Below the pieces are notes generated by a model. The model saw only the letters and a program-made list of their open reading frames with translations, was not told where the DNA came from and made no database searches. Source: Azohydromonas lata NBRC 102462 (GTDB lineage Bacteria > Pseudomonadota > Gammaproteobacteria > Burkholderiales > Burkholderiaceae_C). From it: 49,716 bases of DNA. Shown piece by piece: positions 39,942 through 49,495 of the stretch. The DNA lies in NCBI GenBank assembly GCA_945878385.1, contig CAMCTE010000001.1:1-49716 (forward strand), written 5' to 3'. Within the stretch, counting starts at the first letter, position 1, and each line of letters starts with the position of its first letter. The translations under genes and the position numbers were made by a program.

Positions 39942-40844
39942 ATGCTTCCTGACCTGGACTCCCTGGCGCTGTTCGTGCGCGCGGCCGAGATGCGCAACCT
40001 CACCCGGGCGGCCGAGGCCAGCTTCATCACGGTGCCAGCGGCCAGCCGGCGGCTGTCACTGCTGGAGCACCAGTTCAAGTCCCAGCTGTTCGAGCGCCAT
40101 TCGCGCGGGCTGGAACTCACTCCCGCCGGCGAACAGCTCTTTTTGTTGGCGCGCGAAGTGATTGCATCGGTCAACCACATGCGCGCGGAGATGGCCAACT
40201 ACACCCAGGGCTCGCGCAGCGTGCTGCGGGTGCACGGCAACACCTCGGCCATGACGCAGTTCCTGCCGGCCGATGTGGCTTCTTTTCAGGGGGTGCACCC
40301 CGACATTCGCCTGGTGCTTGAGGAGTGTTGGAGCGAAGACGCGATCAAGCGGGTGCGGGGCGGCGAAATCGACCTGGGCGTGATTGTGGAAGGCGCCGAG
40401 GTGCAGGGCCTGCATGTGGTGCCCTACCGGGGCGACCAACTCGCTGCCGTGGTGCGTCACGACGAGGAAGTGCCCGAAGACGGACTGCGCTTCGAAGACC
40501 TGCTCGACCGCGATTTGATCGGCCTGGAAGGCGGCAGCACGCTCACGCGGTTGTTGGCCGCACAGGCTTCGCACCTGATGCGGTCCATGGTGCTGAGGGT
40601 GCAGGTGCGCAGCTTCGAAGCGGTGTGCCGCGCGGTGGAAGCCCGCTTGGGCATCGGCGTGTTGCCGCTGGCCGCAGCGCACAGTTTTGCCCCGGCCATG
40701 TCGCTGCGGGTGCTGCCGCTGCAAGACGATTGGGCCCAGCGCCGCATGAGCATCGTCACGCGGGCCGAGCCTGCACGCGGCTCGCCCCTGGCCCTGTTGG
40801 TGGACCACCTGCAGGCTTGCGCGCAGGGTGGTGCGCCGGGCTGA
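39942..40844 (+). CDS. LysR-family transcriptional regulator
   Basis: The ATG at 39942 gives MLPDLDSLALFVRAAEMRNLTRAAEASFITVPAASRRLSLLE (LysR HTH). It is divergent from the ALDH gene. Confidence 0.88.
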   Translation: MLPDLDSLALFVRAAEMRNLTRAAEASFITVPAASRRLSLLEHQFKSQLFERHSRGLELTPAGEQLFLLAREVIASVNHMRAEMANYTQGSRSVLRVHGNTSAMTQFLPADVASFQGVHPDIRLVLEECWSEDAIKRVRGGEIDLGVIVEGAEVQGLHVVPYRGDQLAAVVRHDEEVPEDGLRFEDLLDRDLIGLEGGSTLTRLLAAQASHLMRSMVLRVQVRSFEAVCRAVEARLGIGVLPLAAAHSFAPAMSLRVLPLQDDWAQRRMSIVTRAEPARGSPLALLVDHLQACAQGGAPG

Positions 40845-41465
40845 TCAGCTGGCCACGAAGGGCATCGTTTGGGCGATCGAGGGCCTGGCGCGCAGGCGCT
40901 GGCTCAGCGCGTTGAGGGCCGGCATCGGCGGCAACCACGGCGCGTCGGTGAAGCGGAAGTTCAGGTAGTCGATGGCCGTCACGGCGCAGATGGCGTCGAG
41001 TGTTGCTGTGCCATTGCTGTCCATCGGCTGGGCCGCGGCCAGGGCCTCTAGGCGCTCCATCCCTTCGGCCATGGTACGGCGGCGGCGCAGGCCCACCGGG
41101 GTTTCATCGAACAGCACGGGTGCCGTCACTTTGCGGATGATGATGGTGTGCACAGCCGCATCGATTACGCCCAGCGCCACACCGGCACGCGACAACACAC
41201 CAGCGGTGTCGGGCCCCAACAGCGATGGATGCGTGGGTGCGGGCCGCGTGGCCTCCAACCACATCACGATGCTCAGGCTTTCCGCTATCGGGGTGCCATC
41301 GTCCAGCACCAGGGTGGGCACGCGCGTGGCCGCATTGGCCGCACGCAGCCGCACATCGTCGGCCCAGGGATCGACGATGGTGGGCTCGATGTTCAGGTCC
41401 TTTTCGATCATCGAGACGCGTGCGATGCGGACATAGGGGGATGTGGTGTTGGCCAAGAGTTGCAT
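40845..41465 (-). CDS. Glutathione S-transferase family protein
   Basis: 206 aa from the ATG at 41465 with a thioredoxin-like N-terminal domain (SPYVRIARV ... VPTLVLDDGTPIAESLSIVMWLE). Confidence 0.75.
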   Translation of the reverse strand: MQLLANTTSPYVRIARVSMIEKDLNIEPTIVDPWADDVRLRAANAATRVPTLVLDDGTPIAESLSIVMWLEATRPAPTHPSLLGPDTAGVLSRAGVALGVIDAAVHTIIIRKVTAPVLFDETPVGLRRRRTMAEGMERLEALAAAQPMDSNGTATLDAICAVTAIDYLNFRFTDAPWLPPMPALNALSQRLRARPSIAQTMPFVAS

Positions 41466-41496
41466 GGTGGCGTTCCTACGGTCGACAAAAAGGGAA

Positions 41497-42255
41497 TCAG
41501 TACATGATATGGCCGCCGTCGACCACGATGGTCTGGCCACTGACGAAGCCGGCCAGGTCGCTCAGCAGGTACAGCGCCGTGCCCACCAGGTCGTCGGGCC
41601 GCTGTTCGCGTGAAATGGCACGCGCCTTCAGGAAGCTCTGTTGCCATTCGATGGGGCGATTCTTGGTGGCGTCGGTGATCACGAAGCCCGGGGCGATCAC
41701 ATTGCAGCGCACGCCGTCCTTGCCGCATTCCTTGGCCAGGCCCTTGGTCATGGCCAGCACCGCGCCCTTGGTGGCCACATAGTGCAGGTAGCCGGGCTGG
41801 CCGGCCACGGCCACCACCGAGGCGATGTTCACGATGGAGCCGCGGCCCCGTTCTCGCATGGCCGGCATCACGGCTTTGCAGCACAGCCACACACCTTTCA
41901 CATTCACCTGGAAGATGCGGTCCCAAATGGTCGGGTCCAATTCCTCGAAGGCTGTGAGCTTCACTTCGCGGAAGTAGGCCGCGTTGTTGATCAGACCGTC
42001 GATGCGGCCGGTGGCCTTCAGTGCGGCCTCGGCCATGGATTTCACGCTGGCGTCGTCGCTCACATCCACCTTCGCATAGGTGGCGCGCCCGCCTTGGGAC
42101 TTGATGAGGTCCATGGTTTCATCGGCGGCGTTCATGTCGGCCACCAACACATGCGCGCCTTGTGCGGCGGCGCCCAGGGCAAAGGCCTGGCCGATGCCGG
42201 TGGCCGCACCCGTGACGATGATGGTGTGTTCGGGAAGCAGGTTCTGCGCGGTCAT
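41497..42255 (-). CDS. SDR-family oxidoreductase
   Basis: Cofactor motif TGAATGIGQA, NNAA, and the catalytic YVATK. Confidence 0.9.
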   Translation of the reverse strand: MTAQNLLPEHTIIVTGAATGIGQAFALGAAAQGAHVLVADMNAADETMDLIKSQGGRATYAKVDVSDDASVKSMAEAALKATGRIDGLINNAAYFREVKLTAFEELDPTIWDRIFQVNVKGVWLCCKAVMPAMRERGRGSIVNIASVVAVAGQPGYLHYVATKGAVLAMTKGLAKECGKDGVRCNVIAPGFVITDATKNRPIEWQQSFLKARAISREQRPDDLVGTALYLLSDLAGFVSGQTIVVDGGHIMY

Positions 42256-42305
42256 GCGGTTGCCCTCAGTGGGAAGTGCGGATCAAGTGGGGATCGGAGG
42301 TGGCT

Positions 42306-42734
42306 TCATCGTTGCCCCGGTTTGGCCGGGGTGGCGGGGCAGCGGTCTTGGCCCTTGCATTCGTGCACCACCAGGTTGCGGGCCAGCTTGTCGCGGGCCG
42401 GGCCGCTGATGTCCACCTCCACCGCCCACACGCCCAGCATTTCCAACTCCAGCGTGGCGCGGTAGTGGCCGGGTGTGCCGGTGGGCGCGGCCTTCATGGG
42501 CTTGACGGTGTGGGCCATGGGCATCGAAGGCATCAAGGCGCCCAGCGTGACCTGCGCGCCCTCCAGGGGCGAGCCGTCGCGCCGCTTGAGTTGGGCGGTG
42601 CATTCGAGCATCGGCCCCATACCGTACGAGACGCACTGCAATTCCAACTGCGGGCGCCCCGCGCCCTGTGCGGCACTGGGCCTGGCAGTCAGCGCGGCTA
42701 GCAGCATCAGGGCGGTGATGAAGAGGAACCTCAT
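42306..42734 (-). CDS. Small secreted protein, Met/His/Cys-rich (possibly YtkA/FixH-like Ig fold)
   Basis: 142 aa with signal peptide MRFLFITALMLLAALTARPSAA-Q, 4 Cys, and the motifs MPSMPMAH and GHYRATLELEMLGVWAVEVDI. The ATG overlaps the upstream permease stop (ATGA). The family guess is from memory only. Confidence 0.65.
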   Translation of the reverse strand: MRFLFITALMLLAALTARPSAAQGAGRPQLELQCVSYGMGPMLECTAQLKRRDGSPLEGAQVTLGALMPSMPMAHTVKPMKAAPTGTPGHYRATLELEMLGVWAVEVDISGPARDKLARNLVVHECKGQDRCPATPAKPGQR

Positions 42735-43816
42735 GGGCTTGTGCTCTGGTTGGTCCGGTTCCCCGGGGTGGTCTGTTGGTTCTGGGTGGGCGGCGGGTTG
42801 GGGCTGCGGCTGCGCAGCAGGCGCGAAGTGGCTTGGGATATCCGGTGCACCAGCACTTCATCGAGCAGGCCTCGTGGCCGCCAGCGCAGGAACAGGGCCA
42901 CCAGGCCACCGAAGACCACCATGCGCCAGCCCGGCAGGATGCGCGAGGCATCCAACAGGCCCAGGTCCAGCACCACGCCCAACAAGGGCCCCAGCGCCGT
43001 GCCCAGGCCGCCGAGCAAGGCATAGCCCACTGCATGCACGCCCAGCATGGGGTCGAACAGCGCGGGTTCGATATAGGTGGTGCGGTGCGCGTACAGGCCG
43101 CCACCCAAGGCGGCCAAGGCGCCGGCTGCGGCCGCGGCCAGCAGGCGCAGCTGCTCCACCGGGACGCCCTGTGATGCGGTGAGCAGGTCATCCTGACCCA
43201 CCATGCGCAAGCCCACGCCCAAGCGCGTGCGCTCATGGGCCATCAGCAGGCCCAGCACGGCCGCCAGCACCAGCAAGGTGAGCAGCAGGTACACCTCCGG
43301 CGCCACATCGTTTTCCAACAGCCACCGGATGTCGCGAAAGCCTTCAAGCCCGGCGGGGCCCACCGGCCCATCGGGGCTGGGCACCTGCCAGTGCCACCAG
43401 CTCAAGGCGATGCGGGCCATCTCACCGAAGGCCAGTGTGGCCACTGCATAGTTCAATCCCGACAGGCGCATGGTGGGCAGGGCCAGCAACCACGAGCAGG
43501 CCGCGCCCAGCGCCATGCCGGTGAGCAGGGCCATGGGCAGCGGCCATGCAAAGACGGCCGTCATGACGCCCGCCCCATAGGCACCCACGCCAAAGAAGGC
43601 CTGCTGGCCGAACGAAACCCGGCCCACGAGTAGCATCAGGTAGGCCGACAGCGCCAGAAGCGACATGATGGCCATGTCACTGGCCAGGCCCACGAGGTGC
43701 GCGCTGCCCGCTTCGTCCACGCCCGGAAGGTGGCACAGGGCTGCGCGAACGGCTTGTGCCACGGCGCCATCGGTACCGGTGGCCGCGGTGGTGGAGGAGA
43801 AGATGCGGTCGCTCAT
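42731..43816 (-). CDS. Branched-chain amino acid ABC-type permease, LivM-like (second copy)
   Basis: 361 aa from the ATG at 43816, which overlaps the upstream stop (ATGA). It is polytopic and has a low-complexity tail, SRSPNPPPTQNQQTTPGNRTNQSTSP. Confidence 0.8.
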   Translation of the reverse strand: MSDRIFSSTTAATGTDGAVAQAVRAALCHLPGVDEAGSAHLVGLASDMAIMSLLALSAYLMLLVGRVSFGQQAFFGVGAYGAGVMTAVFAWPLPMALLTGMALGAACSWLLALPTMRLSGLNYAVATLAFGEMARIALSWWHWQVPSPDGPVGPAGLEGFRDIRWLLENDVAPEVYLLLTLLVLAAVLGLLMAHERTRLGVGLRMVGQDDLLTASQGVPVEQLRLLAAAAAGALAALGGGLYAHRTTYIEPALFDPMLGVHAVGYALLGGLGTALGPLLGVVLDLGLLDASRILPGWRMVVFGGLVALFLRWRPRGLLDEVLVHRISQATSRLLRSRSPNPPPTQNQQTTPGNRTNQSTSP

Positions 43817-44754
43817 GCCTGCACCGGCTGGTGGCCCCGCGCGAGCCCCAGGGAACGCCGTGGCCACACCAGCACGGCAAACAGCAGCGCATAGGTGGCG
43901 AATTCCCGACCCTGCGCCCCTAGCAGGGTTTGAGCATGTGCTTCCACCACACCCAGCAGCAGGCCGCCCCACAATACGCCGCGCACCGACCCCAGGCCGC
44001 CCAGCATGGCCGCCACCAGGCCCTTGAACAGCACCCACATGCCGAACATGGGCGTTACTTGCCCGTCGACCGACAGCACCGCAAAGGCCGCGATGCCCGA
44101 CAGGGCACAGGCGGCCGCAAAACCCAAGGTCTGCAGGCGTGCCACCGGCATGCCCACCAGGTGGGCGGCGGTGCGGTGGTCGGCCACCGCGCGCCACGAC
44201 AAGCCTGCGCGCGAGCGTTCCAGCCAATGGGCCAAGCCCAGCGTGAGCGCCGCAGCCAGCAAGGCCAGCACCAGGCGGTCTGGACGGATCATCAGTTCAT
44301 GGGCGCCGCTGCCCAGGAACCAGTTTTGCTCCACGGCCAACGAGGGGAATGCATTGAGGTGGCGCGGCAGCAGGTTCACCGCCAACTGCTCGAGCTGCAT
44401 CCAGATGGCAAAGCTTGAGGCCAGGGCCACCACCTCACGCCCATCGGCGCCGGCAATCGGTGCCCCGCGTGGCTGGGTGGCTTCGTCGCGTGTGGCGGCA
44501 AAGCACAGCCGTTCCACATACATACCGATGAGGGTGGCGGCCACGACCACCGTGAGTGCCACCAGCCATGCCGGGGCCTGGTGCCGGATGTGCAGCCAGG
44601 CACCCAGGTAGGCCGCCAACATCGCTGTGGCACCGTAGGCCAGATTCAGCCGCCGCAGCGACCCGAAGGTGAGCGACAAGCCCAAGCCCACGAGGGCGTA
44701 GGAGCCGCCGTCCAGCAGGCCGTCCAGGGTGGTCTGCAGGAAGTCCAGCATCAC
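43813..44754 (-). CDS. Branched-chain amino acid ABC-type permease, LivH-like (second copy)
   Basis: 313 aa. The N-terminus LDFLQTTLDGLLDGGSYALVGLGLSLTFG parallels the livH copy at 47323..48207. The start is either GTG at 44754 or ATG at 44751. Confidence 0.8.
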   Translation of the reverse strand: MMLDFLQTTLDGLLDGGSYALVGLGLSLTFGSLRRLNLAYGATAMLAAYLGAWLHIRHQAPAWLVALTVVVAATLIGMYVERLCFAATRDEATQPRGAPIAGADGREVVALASSFAIWMQLEQLAVNLLPRHLNAFPSLAVEQNWFLGSGAHELMIRPDRLVLALLAAALTLGLAHWLERSRAGLSWRAVADHRTAAHLVGMPVARLQTLGFAAACALSGIAAFAVLSVDGQVTPMFGMWVLFKGLVAAMLGGLGSVRGVLWGGLLLGVVEAHAQTLLGAQGREFATYALLFAVLVWPRRSLGLARGHQPVQA

Positions 44755-44846
44755 GCGCAGCGCGTCGTGGTGTCGCGGCTCACATCGGCCTTTGCAAGCA
44801 GGCCTGCGTGTCGAGTACCCATGCGGCTTTCACCATCGACGGCGCC

Positions 44847-45563
<717 letters not shown>

Positions 45564-45604
45564 GGGTTTCCTTGTTTGCGCGGTGTGCCGTGTGTTCAGG
45601 CGGT

Positions 45605-46360
45605 TCAGGCGGCTGCCGGCTCTTCGGCGCCCAGGTAGGCCGCGCGCACTTGGGCATCGGCCTGCACCTGTGCCGGCGTGCCTTCGGCGATCTTGCGGCC
45701 GAAGTTCAGCACGGCCACGCGGTCGCACACCTCCATCACCAGTTCCATGTGGTGCTCGATCAGCAAAATGGTGCGGCCCTGGTCGCGCAGGCTGCGGATG
45801 CGGTTGTCCAGGTCGTCGATTTCTTCGGCGTTCATGCCCGCGGCCGGTTCGTCCAGCAGCAACAGTTCGGCCCCCGATGCGGCTGCGCGGATCAGTTCCA
45901 GCCGGCGTTGTTCACCAAAGGCCAGGTTGCCGGCCAGCATGTCGCGTTTGTGGGCGAGGTCTCCAAAAACGAGCAATTGCTCGGCTTCTTCGCGCGCGGC
46001 CGCAGCGCCCGAAAGCCAGCGCTGCTTGAACCCGGCCCAGCCGGTTTCGCGCACCACGCGGGCGGCCCACAGGTTTTGCCACACGGTGAGGTGGCCGAAC
46101 AGGCGGATGTTCTGGAAAGTGCGGGCGATGCCGGCTTCGGTGCGCTGGTGCGGGTCGAGTTGGGAAATCTCCCGGCCCTTGAATTGCACCGTGCCGGCCG
46201 TGGGCTTGTACACGCCGGTGATCAGGTTCACCGTGGTGCTCTTGCCCGAACCGTTGGGGCCGATGAGGCCCAGGATCTCACCGGGCTTGACGGTCAGGTT
46301 CAGCGAGTCCACCGCCTTGACGCCGCCGAAGTGGCGGCTGAGGTTGTTCAGCTCAAGCAT
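45605..46360 (-). CDS. livG: Branched-chain amino acid ABC transporter ATP-binding protein LivG-like
   Basis: Walker A GPNGSGKST, a degenerate signature LAFGEQRRLEL and Walker B LLLLDEPAAG. Start is the ATG at 46360. Confidence 0.9.
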   Translation of the reverse strand: MLELNNLSRHFGGVKAVDSLNLTVKPGEILGLIGPNGSGKSTTVNLITGVYKPTAGTVQFKGREISQLDPHQRTEAGIARTFQNIRLFGHLTVWQNLWAARVVRETGWAGFKQRWLSGAAAAREEAEQLLVFGDLAHKRDMLAGNLAFGEQRRLELIRAAASGAELLLLDEPAAGMNAEEIDDLDNRIRSLRDQGRTILLIEHHMELVMEVCDRVAVLNFGRKIAEGTPAQVQADAQVRAAYLGAEEPAAA

Positions 46361-47300
46361 GGTGGGTGGCTCCTTTGGGCTTGGTGTCCTCAGTGCCTGA
46401 TGCGGGTTTGGTGCTGCGCCCGCCGAACAGCGGCCCCAGGCCCAGCGACCGGGTGAGCATGCCATCGGGCCGCACCAGCATCACCACCACGATCAGCACG
46501 CCGAACAGCAGGCTGCGCCATTCGCCGATGAAGCGCAGGCCTTCGAGCATCACACCTTGAATGAGGATGACGGCCAGCAGCGTGCCGGCCAGGCTCTTGA
46601 GCCCGCCCAGGATGGGATAGGCAATGGCGAAGGTGGCCAGCAGGATGGTGAAGTTGTTGTGTTCGATGTGGGTGGCGTAGTGGGCGAACACGCCGCCGCC
46701 CAGACCGGCGATGGCCCCGCCGATGCCGAAAGCCGACACCTTGGCCGCCGTGAGGTTGATGCCGGCACTTTGAGCGGCCAACTCGTCTTCACCCACCGCG
46801 CGCCAGATGGTGCCCACGCGGCAGCGGTCCAGCGACCACAGCAGCAGCATCACGCCGGCCACCAGGGCCCAAATCAGCAGGTTCACCTCGAAGGTGGTCC
46901 AGCCATTGGACGGGAAGTAGCGGATTCCGCCAAAGCCCAGGCTGCCGTCGGGGCCCGCCATGCCGGTGGGCGTTTCCACGCGCCACTTCAGGTTGAAGAA
47001 GAACAGGCGCACGATTTCAGCAAATGCGGTGGTGGCCACCACCAGCATCAGCCCCTTCACGCGCAAAGCCGGAAAGCCCACGGCCACGGCCACCAGGCCT
47101 GCGATGGCCGATCCGCAAGCCAAGGCCAAGGCCAGCGGCACGGCCCACATCGAAGTGAGCATGCCCGCCACATAGGCACCGATGGCGAAGAAGGCACCTT
47201 GCGCAATGCTCACCTGCCCCGTATGCAGCACGCACCAGGCCGACAGCCCCAGCAGCGTGTGGATACCGATGACTTGCGCCAAGCCAAGATAGAAGTCCAT
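46353..47300 (-). CDS. livM: Branched-chain amino acid ABC transporter permease LivM-like
   Basis: 315-aa polytopic ORF between livH and livG. Confidence 0.88.
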   Translation of the reverse strand: MDFYLGLAQVIGIHTLLGLSAWCVLHTGQVSIAQGAFFAIGAYVAGMLTSMWAVPLALALACGSAIAGLVAVAVGFPALRVKGLMLVVATTAFAEIVRLFFFNLKWRVETPTGMAGPDGSLGFGGIRYFPSNGWTTFEVNLLIWALVAGVMLLLWSLDRCRVGTIWRAVGEDELAAQSAGINLTAAKVSAFGIGGAIAGLGGGVFAHYATHIEHNNFTILLATFAIAYPILGGLKSLAGTLLAVILIQGVMLEGLRFIGEWRSLLFGVLIVVVMLVRPDGMLTRSLGLGPLFGGRSTKPASGTEDTKPKGATHHA

Positions 47301-47322
47301 GTCGTGTGCTCCTGGGGCCTGC

Positions 47323-48207
47323 TCAATCCCGCCCGCCTGGCGCGGCGAACAGGCCGCCCGGGCGGAACACGAGGAACACGAACAGCATCAGCATCACATA
47401 GATGTCGCGTTCGCTCACGCCGCGCAGGAACTGGAAGAGGTTTTCCATGCCGCCCACGATCAGGCCGGCCACGATGGCCCCCGGGATGCTGCCCAGGCCA
47501 CCAATCACCGTGACGACCAGGCCCTTGACCGTCAGGGGCAGGGTCATCAACGGCGAGAGCACGCCAATGGCCGCGCCGGCCATGGCGCCAGCGGTGCCTC
47601 CCAGCAGCCCCGCGATGATGAAGGTGCTGGCGTTGGTGCTGTTCACCCCCATGCCGCACAGTTGAGCGGCCACCGGCTGCTGCGCCACTGCCCGCGTGGC
47701 CAGGCCCAGGCGCGTGCGCTTGAGCAACTGCATCAGCGCCACCATGGCCAGGCAGCCCAGGCCGAACACGAAGATCAAATCACCGCGCAGGAAGAACTGT
47801 CCGATTTCGAAGTTCGAACTGGCGAACAGGGCCGGGTAGTTCTGCGGCATGCCGTAGGTCAGGTGCGAAATCAATTCCTCGATGGCCAGCAGCATGCCCA
47901 CGGTGGACATCAGCGTGGCCAGTGGGTTGTTCAAGGGGATGAAGCGAAAACAGATCAGATAGACCAGCCAACCCAACACCCCACCGGCCAGGGCGGCGAA
48001 GGCATAGACCAGTGGAGTGGGCAAGGCGGTGACCACGATCAGGGAAAGGTAGGCCGCACCGATGGAGGCGGCGGCGTACGACAGGTTGATCTTGTGCATC
48101 ACGCCGAAGATGAGCGTGAAGCCAATTCCGATGAGCGAGTAGGTGGTGCCGAACAGCACGCCGTCGATCACCGACTGGGAAAGGTCCAGCAGGTCGAGAA
48201 GATCCAT
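47323..48207 (-). CDS. livH: Branched-chain amino acid ABC transporter permease LivH-like
   Basis: 294-aa polytopic ORF with the N-terminus IDGVLFGTTYSLIGIGFTLIFGV typical of LivH. Confidence 0.88.
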   Translation of the reverse strand: MDLLDLLDLSQSVIDGVLFGTTYSLIGIGFTLIFGVMHKINLSYAAASIGAAYLSLIVVTALPTPLVYAFAALAGGVLGWLVYLICFRFIPLNNPLATLMSTVGMLLAIEELISHLTYGMPQNYPALFASSNFEIGQFFLRGDLIFVFGLGCLAMVALMQLLKRTRLGLATRAVAQQPVAAQLCGMGVNSTNASTFIIAGLLGGTAGAMAGAAIGVLSPLMTLPLTVKGLVVTVIGGLGSIPGAIVAGLIVGGMENLFQFLRGVSERDIYVMLMLFVFLVFRPGGLFAAPGGRD

Positions 48208-48244
48208 CGCCTAGCCCGTAGGGTGGGTTGATGCGGTGCCTTTT

Positions 48245-48270
48245 GGCGCGCGGGGGAGTGCCCGCGCGCC
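48245..48270 (-). other. Intercistronic GC-rich hairpin between the SBP gene and livH
   Basis: GGCGCGCGGG / CCCGCGCGCC form a 10-bp perfect stem with a 6-nt loop. On the transcribed (minus) strand it is followed by AAAA, so it is not a canonical terminator. Confidence 0.5.
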
Positions 48271-48286
48271 AAGGGCCTGAAGGCGT

Positions 48287-49495
48287 TTACTGGGCCGGCG
48301 TGTGCGCCACCGTCCAGTTGCCACCCTTGGCCTGCACGAACAGGAAAGGCTTGATGGCCTCACGGTCGGCCGTGCGGCCCACCTTGCCCAACAGGCCCTG
48401 CGTTTCCTTGATCGTGGCCAGCGCCTGGCGCATCTTCTGGCGGTCCGCCGCCACCGTGTCAGGGCGGCCCATGATCTTCTGCTGCTCGATGATGTCCTTG
48501 AGCGTGAAGACATTCTCGAAGGCCGCGGCGCTGTGCAGGTCCATGTTGTACTTGGCGTTGATGGCCTGAACCGCTGCTGCGGCGTCGCGCGCTTCTTTGG
48601 TCACCGGTGCGAAGCTGGTGGGGATCGTCAGGCCTTCGGCCTGCGCGCCACAGCCCTGCAGCGTTTCCATGCTGGACGACGAAGTGAGTCCGATCAGCAT
48701 CTTGGGCTTCACATTCTGACGCGCCATTTCCTTGAGCACGCCGCAGGTGGTGAAGGGGTGGGCCGAGATGGCCACCACATCGGCGCCCGCGCGCTTCATT
48801 TCACGCACCTGGTTGGAGAAGTTGGTGTCGTTGAGCAGCCACTCGGCCTGGCCCTTGACTTCCAACCCGTTGTTGCCGGCGTGGGTCTTGATCACATTGA
48901 AGGTGGCGTTGCTGTGCGCGAAGTCTTTTTCCACGCCACCGTAGAAGGTCTTGAGGTCAGGGCGTGAAGCCTTGATCCACTCGAACACCGCCTTGTACAT
49001 GTTCGTTTCGCTGGGCACATTGCGGAACGACCATTCGGAGATCGAAGCCAGCCCGCCCTTGGCCGCCACATCGGTGTAAATGGGGAACTGGATGCCCGAA
49101 TCCGATGCGTCACCGGCCTTCTTCTGCAGGATGCCGAACACCGGCTCGGCCACATTCGAGCAGCTCGGGCCAATGGCCACGAACGCGTCTTGCTGCGCGG
49201 CGATGCGGCGCAGCGCGTTGATGCCCTCTTCCGGCGTGCAGCGGTCGTCAAGGTATTCCACCACCAGGCGGGCCTTGCTGCCGTCGCCCAGCGTGACGCC
49301 GCCGGCCCGGTTGATCATGGCGGCCGCGGCCTGCATGGCGGCTTCACTTTGCTGACCGAAGATGCCCACGACGCCGCTCTTGGCGCCAAAGCCGTAGATC
49401 TTGATCGTCTTGTCCTGCGCGGCGGCGGTGCCGGCGAAGGTCAAGGTGGCGGCAGCGGCCAGTGCCGTGCCCAGGAATCGTGCGGTGCGTGTCAT
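48287..49495 (-). CDS. ABC transporter periplasmic substrate-binding protein (LivJ/K-like, type I PBP)
   Basis: The ATG at 49495 has GGAGA upstream and gives the signal peptide MTRTARFLGTALAAAATLTFAGTAAA-Q. It is the first gene of the liv-like operon. Confidence 0.88.
   Translation of the reverse strand: MTRTARFLGTALAAAATLTFAGTAAAQDKTIKIYGFGAKSGVVGIFGQQSEAAMQAAAAMINRAGGVTLGDGSKARLVVEYLDDRCTPEEGINALRRIAAQQDAFVAIGPSCSNVAEPVFGILQKKAGDASDSGIQFPIYTDVAAKGGLASISEWSFRNVPSETNMYKAVFEWIKASRPDLKTFYGGVEKDFAHSNATFNVIKTHAGNNGLEVKGQAEWLLNDTNFSNQVREMKRAGADVVAISAHPFTTCGVLKEMARQNVKPKMLIGLTSSSSMETLQGCGAQAEGLTIPTSFAPVTKEARDAAAAVQAINAKYNMDLHSAAAFENVFTLKDIIEQQKIMGRPDTVAADRQKMRQALATIKETQGLLGKVGRTADREAIKPFLFVQAKGGNWTVAHTPAQ

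Noticed and set aside
40842-40847. LysR and GST genes end back-to-back with abutting stop codons (TGATCA) and no spacer or terminator
   Set aside because: It is real in the sequence, but tight convergent junctions like this are common in compact genomes. I see no further structure to interpret.
44751-44822. 23-codon upstream ORF (MGTRHAGLLAKADVSRDTTTRCA) whose TGA overlaps the ATG of the second livH-like gene
   Set aside because: There is no convincing RBS and no conservation evidence available, and it is easily produced by chance in a 92-bp gap. It is noted only as a possible coupling device.
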